Shown here in pieces: positions 1 to 13,848 of a DNA stretch of 64,000 nt. The number at the start of each line of letters is the position of its first letter. Position 1 is the stretch's first letter. This DNA is from Chrysomallon squamiferum. Its lineage: Eukaryota; Animalia; Mollusca. The stretch lies in NCBI GenBank assembly GCA_012295275.1, contig CM022674.1, positions 1,488,001 through 1,552,000 on the forward strand, given 5' to 3'. The notes below the pieces were generated by a model. The model saw only the letters and a program-made list of their open reading frames with translations, had not been told where the DNA came from and did not search any database. Both the position numbers and the translations under genes were made by a program.

Positions 1-1329
1 TTAATGACAAGCTTCGAAAACAAACATGAAATTATTTTTTAAATTCACACATTTACACACAGGAAATTAATAAAATAATGGAAATATATATAAATAAAAT
101 TTACATAATATAACTACCAAAAAATACTATTACACAAATTAAAAATATATTTTGAATGATTCATATTTTCAGAATTTATTCCTTAGTGATGAAAACAAAA
201 AATAGAAATTTGAAAGTCTAGAGTTAGGCCTGTGGCTGACATTTGAGAAAGGTAAAAACCAAGTCAAATATTCACTTGTCAGTCAGGGCTAAAAAAAAGA
301 GAGAGAAAAACAACAACCAAGGAAAAAAAAATATTACTCATAATTTAAAGATATCTGTTTTGAATTTCGAATAGTGAAAAAAAAAAAAAGAAGAAAAAAT
401 AAGAAAACAGAATAAAAATTTTATTTGGGGGTAACAGTTTAGTAAAGAGAAATGGCTGAACACAGTTAAAAGAGAAAATTAAAAATAAAATAAAATATCT
501 CTAAGAGCAGTAGCAAGTCTAGATTTCTGCAGCCATTATGTGGTTGGGAATACTGCAGAAGTAAATGTTGCTGAGAGAAATATTTTAGAGTATTGCTATT
601 GTTATTTTTTCTCCCACTGAAATGTGTAAATGGTTGGATATTCAGAACCACATAATCTTCGCCATTGTAATAACACATTAATGTTATTTAGAGAAAAGAA
701 GAGAAAAGAAAAGTTTTTATTCAAATAAACAGCCTGATCCCTAAGTGAAAGCTATTATCTATACAACAAGAAATGTTTTGTTGTGATAATGTATTGCTTC
801 TTGCCAAGCCACGTAAATTATTATTTCAAATGGCTAAGCAGAGCATTGGATTTGGCTAAAGTATGTATCTGGAAACACACAGAAAAGAAAAGAAGAAAGA
901 AAATAAAAGAAATAATATGTTGTTTATTTATAATGAAAAACATGAACTTTATTCCCTGAGGATACAAACCTTAATTTATTTTTAATTTTTTTTTTTTTTT
1001 TTTAAATAAGAAAACTGTGGATAAGAATGAATTAAACAGGTTAAGAGGTAATGAATATATAACTGGATGTATGTGGTTGAGTACTCCAAATGTACATTTT
1101 GAAACCAAATTTGTTTATTATTATTTTTTTTTTTTTTATTATTAACATTTTATCCTTCTTTCTCTCTTATCCTGTTTAATTGATTTAAGCAAACAAACAA
1201 ACAACATAATATTACTTTCTGTAATAACCACGTGAAGGCATCTGATATGGATTAAAGATGGACTTCATACTTTTCATTTAACACATGAACCAGAATGGGG
1301 TGTGGTTTTAGAGCCTGTGTGGAATACAC

Positions 1330-1460
1330 ATTTAGGCTATCTTCCATTCCAACCAGTTGGTTTATCAGAGATCATGTTATGGTCTGTATAAAATAGATCC
1401 CTTGTTATTGATAGGTAAAGTTCACACGAAAATGGCAAGCAATGGATTTTCTGTCTCACA
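1330..1460 (+). mobile_element. More decayed fragment of the same SINE family
   Basis: ggctatcttccattccaaccagt...tataaaatagatcccttgttattg...aaatggc aligns by eye with the 3770-4061 and 19120-19185 copies. Confidence 0.45.
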
Positions 1461-3769
1461 TCAGTTATCATCATAACAACTAACTTTGATGGACAGGGGA
1501 TTTCCTGGTGAGATCAGAACAGGATGTTTGAGCATGGTTGTGGAAATGCAGAAGAAGAATAAGATAACAACTAACTGTAGATACAGATATATCTTCAGGT
1601 GTTATTAAGTGTTCATTCATGGATGAATAGTAATATGAGGATTACCATACGAAATAGTCTCCTGCCTACAAGTGATGTGCAGTAGAAATAAGAATATTAT
1701 TTTAAATGTCAACTGTCTGACATCCAAGTAGCATATGGATTTTCCCTTTGGTGTCAATGAACTGAAGAAATATTTGAAGTATGAACTGGCAAATTCACTC
1801 TTCAGTTTAATACTTTTTTTTCAGAAAAAGATCAATCCTTGCTCTAACAAAACCCACAAACACTCCCAAAATACAAAAAACACAAAAACAGAAACAAAAA
1901 AAGAACAAAAAACAAAAAAAACAAAAAACAAAAACACAGAACAAAGAAACTGAAATTACAAGAACTGTATGAATGGTCCATACAATGACACTTGTAACAT
2001 GATGAATTTAAAATAAATGATATTTAGGTGTGGTATATAAAAAAAAAAAAAAAAAGAAGAATTATTTATGTATCTATGCATTACAAAAAGTAATAAATAA
2101 TAATAATAAAAAAAAGTAATCATGTATGATGTAAAAAAACAATGCCTTTTTGTTGTGTCTGTTTTGAATACGTAAAATAAAAAATGCTAATTACTTGGGA
2201 GTTGAAAAAGGACCGTGATACATTAGTAATTTAAATGATGTTTATCTAGTCTGTAGTTAACTTGGCTTGACAGGTATTTTCACCTGTGGCATGTGTTGTT
2301 GTCAGATAATGATAAATGAACGAATCATTTAAAATAGTAATAGCTATCTGCTGAAAGTAAACTAAAGCTCCGGTTTCCATGAAACATTAACAAATAAGTT
2401 TTTAAAAAACCTGAGAGAGAAAGTAAGTACACAAACCATAATCAAGACCGCCCCCCCAAAAATGCATCTAAAAAAACTAAAAAAAACTAATCACAAATAA
2501 AACTGTATAAAAGAAGAAGAAAATGGTTTTAAATTTTGCAGTAGATGAAGAAATTACATGTTAAAGCTTTTTTTTGCTCATGAATTTAAAACAAACATGA
2601 CCCCCTGTCACATGCTCGAAAAAAAAAAAAAAAAAAAAAATAATAATAATTAAAATTTGTCTTTACTCCAAAATAAACCAAATTAAAACAACAACAACAA
2701 AAAAATAAAACGTAATAATCATAAACATAAGAACAAATTTGTTATTGAAATGCTATAGTCAATGATACTGAAGGTTGGTGTGTAAAAACCAGTATGATAT
2801 GAGAACAGTGTAAGGTAACTGATGTATTTTTGAAGGTGAAGGTTAACATTGTTTTACAGATTATCTGTGGTTGCTGAAGATGTTATAATCAGATAGACAC
2901 TGTGACAGCTATATTTTTCACTGTAGGATCAGGGGAAGTTGAATTTTGACTATCCAGAAAATAACAACAAAATAACCAGCTTATCTGATCCAAAATTATA
3001 ATAATAACGAAAAAAAAACACCCCAAAAAACCAAAGTAAAACATTTTATACAACAAAGTTTGTTTTTATTGTTGTTGTTGTTGTTATTCTTTCTGGAAGA
3101 AGAAGTATTACTATTATTATTATTTTTTCGAATCGACTAGTTCACAGCTGTTGGAATCACTGTTGCATGTCCACCCAGGAGCTTGACGTTATTCAACTCG
3201 GATCACACAGATAGTACCACTGCTGCTTTTAAGAAGCCATTTTGAAAATTTGTTCTGTAACAGTTGCAGTGACATAATTATATTTGGATTCTTTTGTTGT
3301 TTTGTTTTTGTTTCATTTGTTTTCTTCATTTAAAAACAAGTCTCTTTTAACATTTGATTTACATCAGTGATTCTCAATCTGGGTGACAGCATCCTCTTGT
3401 GACACTGTGAGAAAACAGGACATTGGTAAAAGCTATATATTTATAACACATAAATGTATATATATAAATATATATAAATATATATTTAAATATACTACAT
3501 AATTCATTGTATTTTTCATAGTATAAACTTGTATGAATTAAGAATTATTTGATATTTGGGGCACTGCAAAAATAAAAGGTTTGAAGTTGAACAAAAGAAC
3601 TGTGTTTGATTGTAAAGTGACTGTGACTATGAGATGGAGTTTGTTATAAAGCCAGGTTATTTTTTATATTTATTATGAATTGACAAATTGATGAATATTG
3701 ATACTACTGGAGGCATCTGTTGAAGCTGCTGTTAGTCACTGCTTTGATATCTGTTGGGTGTATCGGATT

Positions 3770-4061
3770 CTTAAAACAATTTCTCGTTCCTGCCAGTGCT
3801 TTATAGCTGTAACAGAGACATGTTTTATCCTCTTGTCTGTGGGCTGATAATGTATATATATATAAAAAAATCACTTTCTGACATTCCTTACGAGTAACCC
3901 ATGAAGTGACATCAGCAGGTTGTGTCTCTTGTTTTTGGAATGGTCCTTGAACCCGTTATGCCCATCATGTCTACCTCCATATAAACCAAAAATAGAATGT
4001 GTTGAGTGCATATTAAATAAAACATGTCCTTCCTTCCTTCCTTCCTTCCTTCCTTCTTTCC
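3770..4061 (+). mobile_element. Decayed SINE copy with (CCTT)n tail
   Basis: atttctcgttcctgccagtgct...tgtctgtggg...gagtaacccatgaagtg...aatgtgttgagtgcatattaaataaaacatgt followed by (CCTT)n. It shares sequence with fragments at ~1330-1460 and ~19120-19185. Resemblance to the central domain of molluscan MetaSINE/MESC-type SINEs is from memory and unverified. Confidence 0.6.
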
Positions 4062-4101
4062 AGTCATATTAATATCATTTTTGTCTGTTTTTTTTTATCA
4101 G

Positions 4102-4356
4102 ATATGGGAAAATTCAGAGCGTGAAACTTCATTCTGCGAAGGAAAATGAAACATCAGGATCTGCGACGGTGGCTTTTATGGACATCAAGTCCGCGTCGAA
4201 GGCACACAGTTCGGAGAACATTCTCGACGGATGTACACTGAGGACAGAGTACTGCGAGGGATCAGCTGGAGGCTGTGCTGTAGTCAGGCCCAGGGAGGCG
4301 TTCATCTCCCCTAGCAACAACCGAGGGACAGGATCAGCTTTTACGTGGACTAAGGG
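4102..4356 (+). CDS. SPEN: SPEN exon: remainder of RRM1
   Basis: tttttatcag|A TAT GGG AAA ATT CAG AGC GTG...; [10 protein letters not shown]...[13 protein letters not shown]...LRTEY resembles SPEN RRM1 (YGRVESVK...DIKSAQKAH...LRTDY); donor GG|GTAAGT; phase 2-2. Confidence 0.93.
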
Positions 4357-4447
4357 GTAAGTTGATCACCGGTTCTGTGCCTGTTGCATGTGTGTAAATA
4401 GATAGAGAGATGGAGCTTTACCATGCTTCTGGGTTCATAAGTCTATA

Positions 4448-4486
<39 letters not shown>

Positions 4487-7400
4487 CGATATGAAATTCT
4501 TCTTTCAGATTTGCAGTGATTCTAAATATTCTTACTGTGTTGTAGAAAGCCACAGTTTCAGATTTTATAAACTGTCTTGTGATTTTGTTTGTAAAAATAA
4601 TGGCAAACAAGATGACTCGATCTTGCTCTTCCATATTCCAGCACTGACATTGGATAAAAAAAACCCAGTTGTCCAAAAGTTTCAAGCAAGATTATTCATT
4701 CTTGTTAATGAAACACCTACATCCGCATTATGTTTTTGCACTTATTGTTGAGTCTTTTGTTTAGTTATGTTTTTGTAATATGTTTGAATTATTTTCTGTT
4801 TCCTCTGTGACTTCATTCTTCAGTTTGTTTTTCATTCCACTGGATGCCTGTAATGCCATTTCATTAAACATGCTTTACATCTGCGATAATCCTTTAAGCT
4901 CCTATTCTGCTAAAGCTTTCAGAATGGATTTACGAAAGTCTGCTTTATTTCCATGTACTGTGGATGTAAATATGTGATTTGTTATTTGCTTTAATTTTAA
5001 AATGAATCGGATTGATGTGACAGATGGATTACTTTACAAAGGATCATACTAAGGTGTGTTTTTTTGAGCATTCTGGAAAACTACTGGATTATGCTTTAAA
5101 AGCATCCAGAGGTACATACCAGAGCTTACAGACCACAGTGAATGTTTGGCCATCATCTCTACCAGTGGATTATACAGTTTAATGACTGTGGTGATCAGAA
5201 CCATGTTGCATACCAGTGGATTATGTAAGATCAACAGCTAATGGTAAATTTGAGTCAGCACCATTCACCAGTGAATTACACAGCTGAAGAATCTCAGTGA
5301 TTTTGAATGATCACACAAATTTGTGGATTATACGCTTTTTGCATCCACGGTGATCTTGAACCATCATCCGTACTTGTACACCAATGGATTACGTAACTGA
5401 AACTCAACATGATTTTGACTGATTCCTGTATGCCACAACTTGCACTAATGGATTATACAACTAAAAGGTCACAGTGACTTTGAAGTATCATATACACCTG
5501 CATGGTTATTTTTGAACTATCATAGATGTTTTATGCCATGACTTGTACCAGTGGATTATGCATTTGAAGATTACGTTGATTTTGAATCATCATACATGCT
5601 TGCCTGTGGATTATCTGGACCGTGGTAATTTTGAACATTCACACATACAAATGGATTACCTAACACAAATAGTGATGGCACAGAAGAAGCAGTATTGGAT
5701 TTTTACTGACAGATAATATTATTGTTGGCTGAAGTCTTAACTTTACTGGATTACTTTCTGAAGAAGAACAGACTGTTGAGATGTTGTTTGTTTTTCAGCT
5801 GCTACTTTGGTACCGTAGACTATATTAAAAGATTTTTTTATATAATAAGAATATTAATATAATAAAATAAACAAATAAAAATAAATAAAAAAAAACAAAA
5901 AAAAAAAAAGAAGAAGAAAAAAAAAAAAAAAAAAAAACAAATACCAATCTAAAATCCATCAGCCCATGTTAACTATCGCAGGCTATACACAACTGTGGAC
6001 ATGAACCAATCTTACACTGGAGTGTATCTGACCATGATCTTATACTTACTGCCTTTTTCATTCATAACAAAGCTCTGGTGGATTATTGAAGAGTTTATGA
6101 GTATCCTCAACAAATCCACGAAGATGGATCTTGAATCAGAAGCACCTTTGTTTCGTGGATTACAGAAATAACCAGCAGGCTTTGGATATACATCTAGCTT
6201 ATGGATTAATGGATTACTCTAGTTTTTGCCAGAAGTGGTGAAAGACCATCTTGGATTTGACACAGTGGATTTTACATTGTGGATATATTATGCTACGGAT
6301 TATACCCTTACTGGATTATATCCTGGATTCCAAAGCATTACATACTCATGGAAATTTATTTTTCAATAAGCTAATTAGTTGTATGGTTAATTTTTAAAAA
6401 ATTATTTCTTGTTATTATTGTTTTTTTTGATGAATTAATGAAGATATAATAATTGAAAGAAAAATGAAAGAAAAACTTCTGTTTTTTTAGATTATATGCT
6501 TTTAAAATTTTATTTTTAATTATTTGAAATTTTATTATTATTCAGTGAGCTAACAATATTTCATTTATACCCTTTTATTAATACATTATAATAACTTGGA
6601 TTAAGATAAGACCTTTTACACTGCATTAAATACAGAATGAAAATATATTGTCTTGCAAGCATCTTCAAGCCTTTACCCTTTTACTAAACATTAAGATTCA
6701 AGAAAAGCCCCTTCATGTATTAGCAAAAACAATATGCTAAAATCAGATGCCCTTATATATTCTATTAAGAACAGAACCATGAAAATCCCCATTTACATAA
6801 GATCAAAAATAGTGTCATGTAAAACCTTCCTTTTTAGTATATGAAATACTGAATCAAGCAAATACATTATATTAACAGCAGTATCAAGCATATTTCTGTT
6901 GACAGTATATTAAAATAATGCCAAATCCAGCAAACAGTTGTTTACAGTATGCAAAAATAATTTCAAATCAAGCAATTGCACTTTTAATGTGGTATTAAGT
7001 TAACAATCGAGCAAATATATATATTTTTTTTCAGTACAATAAAAAACAATTTCTAAACAAACAGTTGCACTTTTTACATGGTGTTTCATTCAGAATCAAG
7101 AAAATACCTAATTATTTTATATTAAAATAATGCTGAATTGGAGCAACTGCTTTTTGCGTGTGCAGAATCTAGCCATGTCCTTTTATACTGTATTAAGTTT
7201 CAAGCTGCTTTTTTGTCCTCTTGTATGAAAGTGAAGATGCAAGGTCAGATAATGTCTGCTGATAGGTGTAACGTGACTAGAATGTTTTGGATGTCTGCCA
7301 TATCATTAAATCAGATACAAATTCCAGCAGCTGTGTATGTGTGGATATATATATATATATATATATATATACGTGTGTGTGTGTGTATGTACTTGGAGTA

Positions 7401-10400
7401 GAGCCAAACCAAATCTGAAGATAGGCTTAACACTAGATGTCTAACACCAACAGCAACAACAACCGTAACAGCAGTGCAGTGATAGGTTTGTTTCAGGAGA
7501 GGAATAATAACAATGTTAAGTCAGTGGACCCTGGTGTAGCTGAAGTTAAGGAATACATTTGTATGTTAGAGATTGATATTACTGTATTTCATTGTGGTTT
7601 GTGAGGTTGACGATTCTTATGGGTTTTAATAACCATTAATAAATATTTTAAAATTTGTCTGACGATGATGATGATGGATGATGATGATTATGATGATGAT
7701 GATTATTATTATAATTTATTTACTTACTTCATTTTTATTTTCCAAAATAAGTATAATTTTTGTGTTATGTAGCACGTTTCAAAAATAATTGTAAGCCTGT
7801 ATCTGGTTTTAAAAATAAAAAAAATATTTTGTTTCAAAAATGAAAGTTAGTGTGAGTGCACTTGAAATGTTATCAAGTCTTAACAGATTAGTCATATTGA
7901 TAGGGGAATTTTATTTATTTATCTTATTTTTTTAATAAAATAAAAATGGAAAATTAATAATGATGGAAAGGAAGAAAACAAAGATATCTAGCCTCTCTTT
8001 AGCTCTTGGTTAATGTTATTCATGAATGCTCACTTCCTGGTACATTCCCCCATAGATAATTAATGTGATAATTAACACTTGCTTGTCAGCTACTGATCAT
8101 AATATCTCCTAATCCCATACAATATGTATATGTCTAATTACTGATGAAAATGAGAAAAAGTTAGACTATGGTGACCTGTGCACATTCATAAGGTGTAGGT
8201 AAACTATCAGATATTCTTTTGGGAGTTAGAGAAAAATGTAAGAGAGAGAACAAAAGAGCCAGAACAAGAAAGACAGACAGAGACAGACAGACAGAGACAG
8301 ACAGAGAGACAGAACTTTTTTTAATAATTAAGAATTACACGAGAGAGAAAACCTTTTGCCAATCCATGCATTTTATTTTATATTTTTGATAAACAGCAAA
8401 TGATATTTGAAACAAATCTTTAGATAAACAGGAAAGCATTTGTCTTAGCTGTTAATAAACTTGTTGTGAGACCTTAAATGAAAGGACGGGTAACCCTAAA
8501 GATGCTTTGAGGACTGATCCTAATCCCTAGTCATGTGCACTACCAAGATACAGGCTTATCTGGTGCTGTGTGCAAATACTAGCTAAAAATAGATTTCTGT
8601 AACATACGTGCATCTGCATTCAAAATGCTTGTTATTACTGCATCAGATGTAACAGTTAAAAATAGAAACAACACAAGCAAAAAATATAAAAAGAAAAAAA
8701 AAAAAAAAGATATACAGGTAATAGCTTTTTGAGTTAAAAATAGATGCAAAACTAAAAGAAAAAACGTGAAAAAACTATATATCTGAATTGAACTTTGCAT
8801 TGACAGCTGTTGGTTTTCACATGAATTGTTGAATATGTGTTAAAAAATGTCATCCTTACGCATAAACATTCACACAAAGGGAGTGTAATTATGGTAATGC
8901 AGTGCTGAAATGAGAGAGTATATATTGTACTTCGTGTTACCTCACTGGCTGATAGTTCAGTATTCAGAATCTGAAAAGGGTTGAAAAACCAGTTTAAGAA
9001 GAAAAACAAACCCATCCACATAGAGGAAGAAGGAAAAATGTATGGTGTGTTTTTTTGTATTTGTGTGTGTATGTGTGTGTGTGCACAAGTGTGTTTATTT
9101 ATATATGTGTTAGTGTGTAGTGTATATGTCTGCATTTGTGTGTGTGTGTGTGTGTGTGTATAATATATATCTATTGTGTTTGTGTGTATATTTGACTTTG
9201 TGTATGTAAATCATATCTTACATAATTTTGTGTTTGTGTGTGTGTGTGTGTGTCACTGTGTGTACTTTGTATTTAAATGTATTTTGCTTATAAATTATCT
9301 ACATCATACGGTGAAATAAATTTTTTTCTCATGTAAACTATTAATAGGATTAATTTACAAAGCCCATTTTTAACTATATATGCAAATAACATCATATATT
9401 TAAAATACGTAGACACCTGCATTTGAGAAGGAAATGAATAACCACCAATCCCCCTGCAAGAAAAGTTATGTCTGACATCGAGTGACCATTAATATTAAAA
9501 TCTCCTCGATTACATAAAATACCTCTTTGTTCAGCCCTTCCCTGCCTCAGTGTTTTTCATTTTTCTTTTTTTCCATTTATTGCCCCCCACCCCAGCCACC
9601 CACCCCATACAACAGACACACTGTTGTTGTAAAAAAACTGAAATATTCATCAGAATGTTATTTTAATTAAACAGAAGCATCTGCTTGCCAATGTTTTTTA
9701 ATATGAATATCATACTGTCTCCTTTTACTAAGCCTGTCTAAAATAACATTTTTATATATATATATATATATATAAAAAAAAAATTGTTTTTTAATATTTT
9801 CTCATTTCGTATGTGCAGGTGTTGTATGTCAGTGATGACTGTGACTCATGAATTGGAAATTCACACTTGCTAATAAATAATGGAAGCTGTTACTACACTT
9901 TGCCCCCTGTTTTTTGCATTCAGTTTACATTTATAATGTCATTTGGGCTTTTGTTGTCGAGGCTTCAAATGGGTGATAAATGATGATAACAACCCTGATC
10001 TAAATATACATGCAGACATACACAAGTAAGTAAGTATATATATACCTACATACTAGATAGACATGTAAAAAGACACACACCCAAACTAACAGGCAGATAT
10101 TATATTTATTTATTTACATTTATCTATCTATACATTCATTCATACATATTTTCATAAATACATACATACATACATACATTACATTACATTACATTACATA
10201 ATACATACATTACATTACATAATACATACATTACATTACAATACATACATACATACATACATTACATTACATACATACTTACATACATACATACATACAT
10301 ATACATTACATTACATTACATTACATTACATACATACATACATACATACATATACATAAATACACATAGATTCATCCATATATACATACACACCCATACA

Positions 10401-10742
10401 GATTACATATACACATATATACATGAATTCACATACATTCATACATGTCTACACACACACCCATACAGATTCACACTAACATTTATATGTGTACACAGAT
10501 GAACATACAGGTTTGTCTGTATTTGCAAAATGGAGGTTTTGAGTGGTTAAGGGAAAGGCAGCAGATGATGAATGTAGGATACACACATTTGTCAAGTTGT
10601 TATGTACACCGCTAAGTCATGTAGGCTTTGAGTAATGTTACACATGAAATATGCCTGTACAACAAGTTAATCCATTAAGATGAAATTTATACCACATGTG
10701 GAGCCATATTTCATTGCAGTATTACCTGACAGCGTATTTTTG

Positions 10743-10788
<46 letters not shown>

Positions 10789-13445
10789 TTATGGTTATGG
10801 TTATAGTTATGGTTATGGTTATAGTTATAGTTATAGTTATAGTTATAGTTATAGTTATAGTTATAGTTATAGTTATAGTTTTATATATATATATATATAT
10901 ATATAAGAAAGATGTTCTCAGGTAAGCATCTAAAGCTGTTATTAATTCTGGTGAAAATAAAATATTGTGACATCATTAATCTACAAACAAAGCTGACACA
11001 ACTCTATGCTTTGAATGGGTTTTAAAAAAAAAAAAAAAAGGAGAAAAGTTACAGAAACAAAAACAGAAAAACAAAACACAAAACAAAACAAAAAACAAAC
11101 AAAATAAAACACAAAATAACACAAAAAAAAAAAAAAAAAAAAAGCAACAAGAACCCATCTGAAATATTCAACTGAGATGAGAGTAAGATGGTTTCATTTC
11201 CTGTACATAATTCCATATTTTTTTTTGTTTTTTTATTTTTTTTAAAGTTAATGACCAGCTAACCTACATTCCACAATCCACAATCATCTTCAATTTGCAA
11301 CCATTTGCAACTACAGTGCCATCTTCAGCTACAACTCTGAAATAAATAAATTACACCATGTTTTGTCTGAATCTCCCTAGCCTTTCAAACTTTTACCCAT
11401 CTGTTCAATTGCTCGAAACCAAACTCACCACATCACATCAACAGTTTTATTATTAACTGGATTTCATGGAAGGTTGCCAAGGCAACAGGATAGACTGTAA
11501 TCAAATTACTTCCAACACATTCAGGCAGGATTCTTTGTTGTATTATAATTATTAATACTATTATTTATTTTTTTTTTTTTTATCTGTTGGCAGTGCTTGT
11601 GTTCTGAATTCGTAAATAACCTTTAGAAAGAAGATTACTTATTATTAAGCGTTACAGTTTGGTCTCATTCCAAGAAGAGTTTTTTATTTTTTATTTATGT
11701 AGCTGGGTAAATACAGATGCCAAATATATAATCAGAATATACACACAAAGCCTTTTTTAAGACCTAAATAAGCGAGATTGTTCTGGTGAACGTTTAAGTG
11801 TGATTACGAAGATTTCCATCAACCGTAACCTAACTTTCGGTGCATAATGAAAATTAATTGTTATTCTTCTGTTTTTCATTTATACATTCATTTTTTTCTT
11901 TAAATTTATTTATATATTCATATTTTGTTTTTCTCTGCCTGTACATGCCTACAAAGTGTTTTGACATGTTTCACCTAAAATATATTAAGCATTAGTGACA
12001 TTTAAGTTGAAAAAAAAAAATGAGAAAAAAAAAGAAGAAGAAGATAATGTTTAATGTCAGTGCCTTCCATCTTTGAAAATAAATAATAATATGAAGCACC
12101 CATTGTCCTCAACATTATCATAACAGTTACCATGGAAACAAAGGCTTGTTTTGTTGTTGTGTTTTTTTTTGCTGACAACAGGACATGGTTGGTATTCTTT
12201 TCCCAGACACAGTGACAATAAAACAAGCAAAGCGACACTAGTAATTCAGGTGTACAGAATCAGCGTGCACTCAGGCGTACAAAATTCACAATTAGAGCAT
12301 TCTTAGTAACAAAGACAGGTATTGAAAGAAAAAAAAAAAAAAAAAAAAAAAAAAGAGGTCAGTTTCTATGACAAGCCACACCTTGTATAAAACCAGCTGA
12401 ACAATAGCGTGGTATTATTTCTGTGTGAAAAAGCTGTAACTGTATTTCGGTATTTGTGTGCTGAAAGAGATTTAATGATAATATATATATTTTTTTATTT
12501 TTATTTTATTTTTGGTTATGGCTATGTCAGAACATGTCTTGTGTGAAGAAAAAGGATTAATTATATTCTGTATTTCTGCGTAAAAAAAAGGTTAACATTG
12601 TTTTTCAGACTGGAAAAAAACCCTTTAATCTTGTTTTTAATCTTCTGTGTATGAAAAGGAAAAAAAAAAAGGTCTAATGGTATTCGGTATTCAGTGTAGT
12701 AGAGATCTACTAATCTGTACTTCGGTATAATATAGGTCTAAAGACATTGCGTTTTTCTGTTTGAAAGAGATCTGATGGTTTTTGAGAAGGAAAAAGGTTT
12801 AATCATATTTTGTATTCTGTATGTTGAAAGGTGTGATGAAATATTTCAGCTTAATAAAAGATCTGATAATCTGTGGTTCAACCTAATGTAGGTCTAATGA
12901 CATAATTTTTCAGTATCAAAAAGGTTATAATGATATTCTGTATTTTAGTTTAACAAAGGTCTGATACTGTTCTGTATTTCAGAATGAAAGGGGACATATG
13001 ATTTTCTGCATTTCAGCTTAATAGAGATCTGATCTTATTACCTTTTAACAGAGGTCTGATTTTAGTTTAACATAGGTTTATTTTCATTCTCTATTTCGTT
13101 TTAATAGTTTTCTAATATTCTTCTGTATTTTCAGTTTGAATGAAGTCCAATGATATTCTGTAATTTCAGTTTGCTAGAGCTCTAATGATATTAAATAATT
13201 TTGTTTTGATAGAAGTCTAATGGTATTCTGAATTCCAGCATTTTTAGGAATGATTCTGTACTTCTATATGAAAGATGTTAATGGTGATTTGTATGGATAT
13301 GAAACAGAGCTGTTAATATCTATTTCTGAGTGAAAGAAAAATCTATATTACATATTTCATTTATAATGTTGCCACAGCTGTGTATGATTATTGAAAATAA
13401 TGTGCATGCGTGCTGTATAATTCCTTGTTATGTTAAACCATTTAA

Positions 13446-13488
<43 letters not shown>

Positions 13489-13788
13489 GTGCCTCTCTCT
13501 GTCTCCCCGTCTCTCTTTTATATGCACACATACATACACACAGAGAGAATATCTTGAGATTTGAATGTAAAACCTGTTCCTATAATATAGGGCACTTAAT
13601 TATATCAGTGTAATACAAACTGTTGGGTAGTTTTTTGAAATACAAAGTGTCCAGCGATGTATATAATACAAAGTATTAAATGATACCAGGTAATACAAAG
13701 TACCAAGTGATCTGTGTAACACAAAGTATCTAGTGGCATCTTTGTAATGCAAACTATCCAACTGTTTATGTAAAACAAAGTACCACAT

Positions 13789-13848
<60 letters not shown>

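Noticed and set aside
1496-1505. NF-kB-like site GGGGATTTCC
   Set aside because: A single 10-mer without clustering or context; expected by chance in 64 kb.
3362-3595. Possible hAT-type MITE (cagtgattctcaatctggg ... aaaaggtttgaag)
   Set aside because: Ends are too degenerate; I could not verify a terminal inverted repeat pair or target-site duplication.
10911-10927. CAG|GTAAGC as a recursive splice (ratchet) site
   Set aside because: The donor is strong but there is no real polypyrimidine tract upstream, only microsatellite; unsupported without nascent RNA data.
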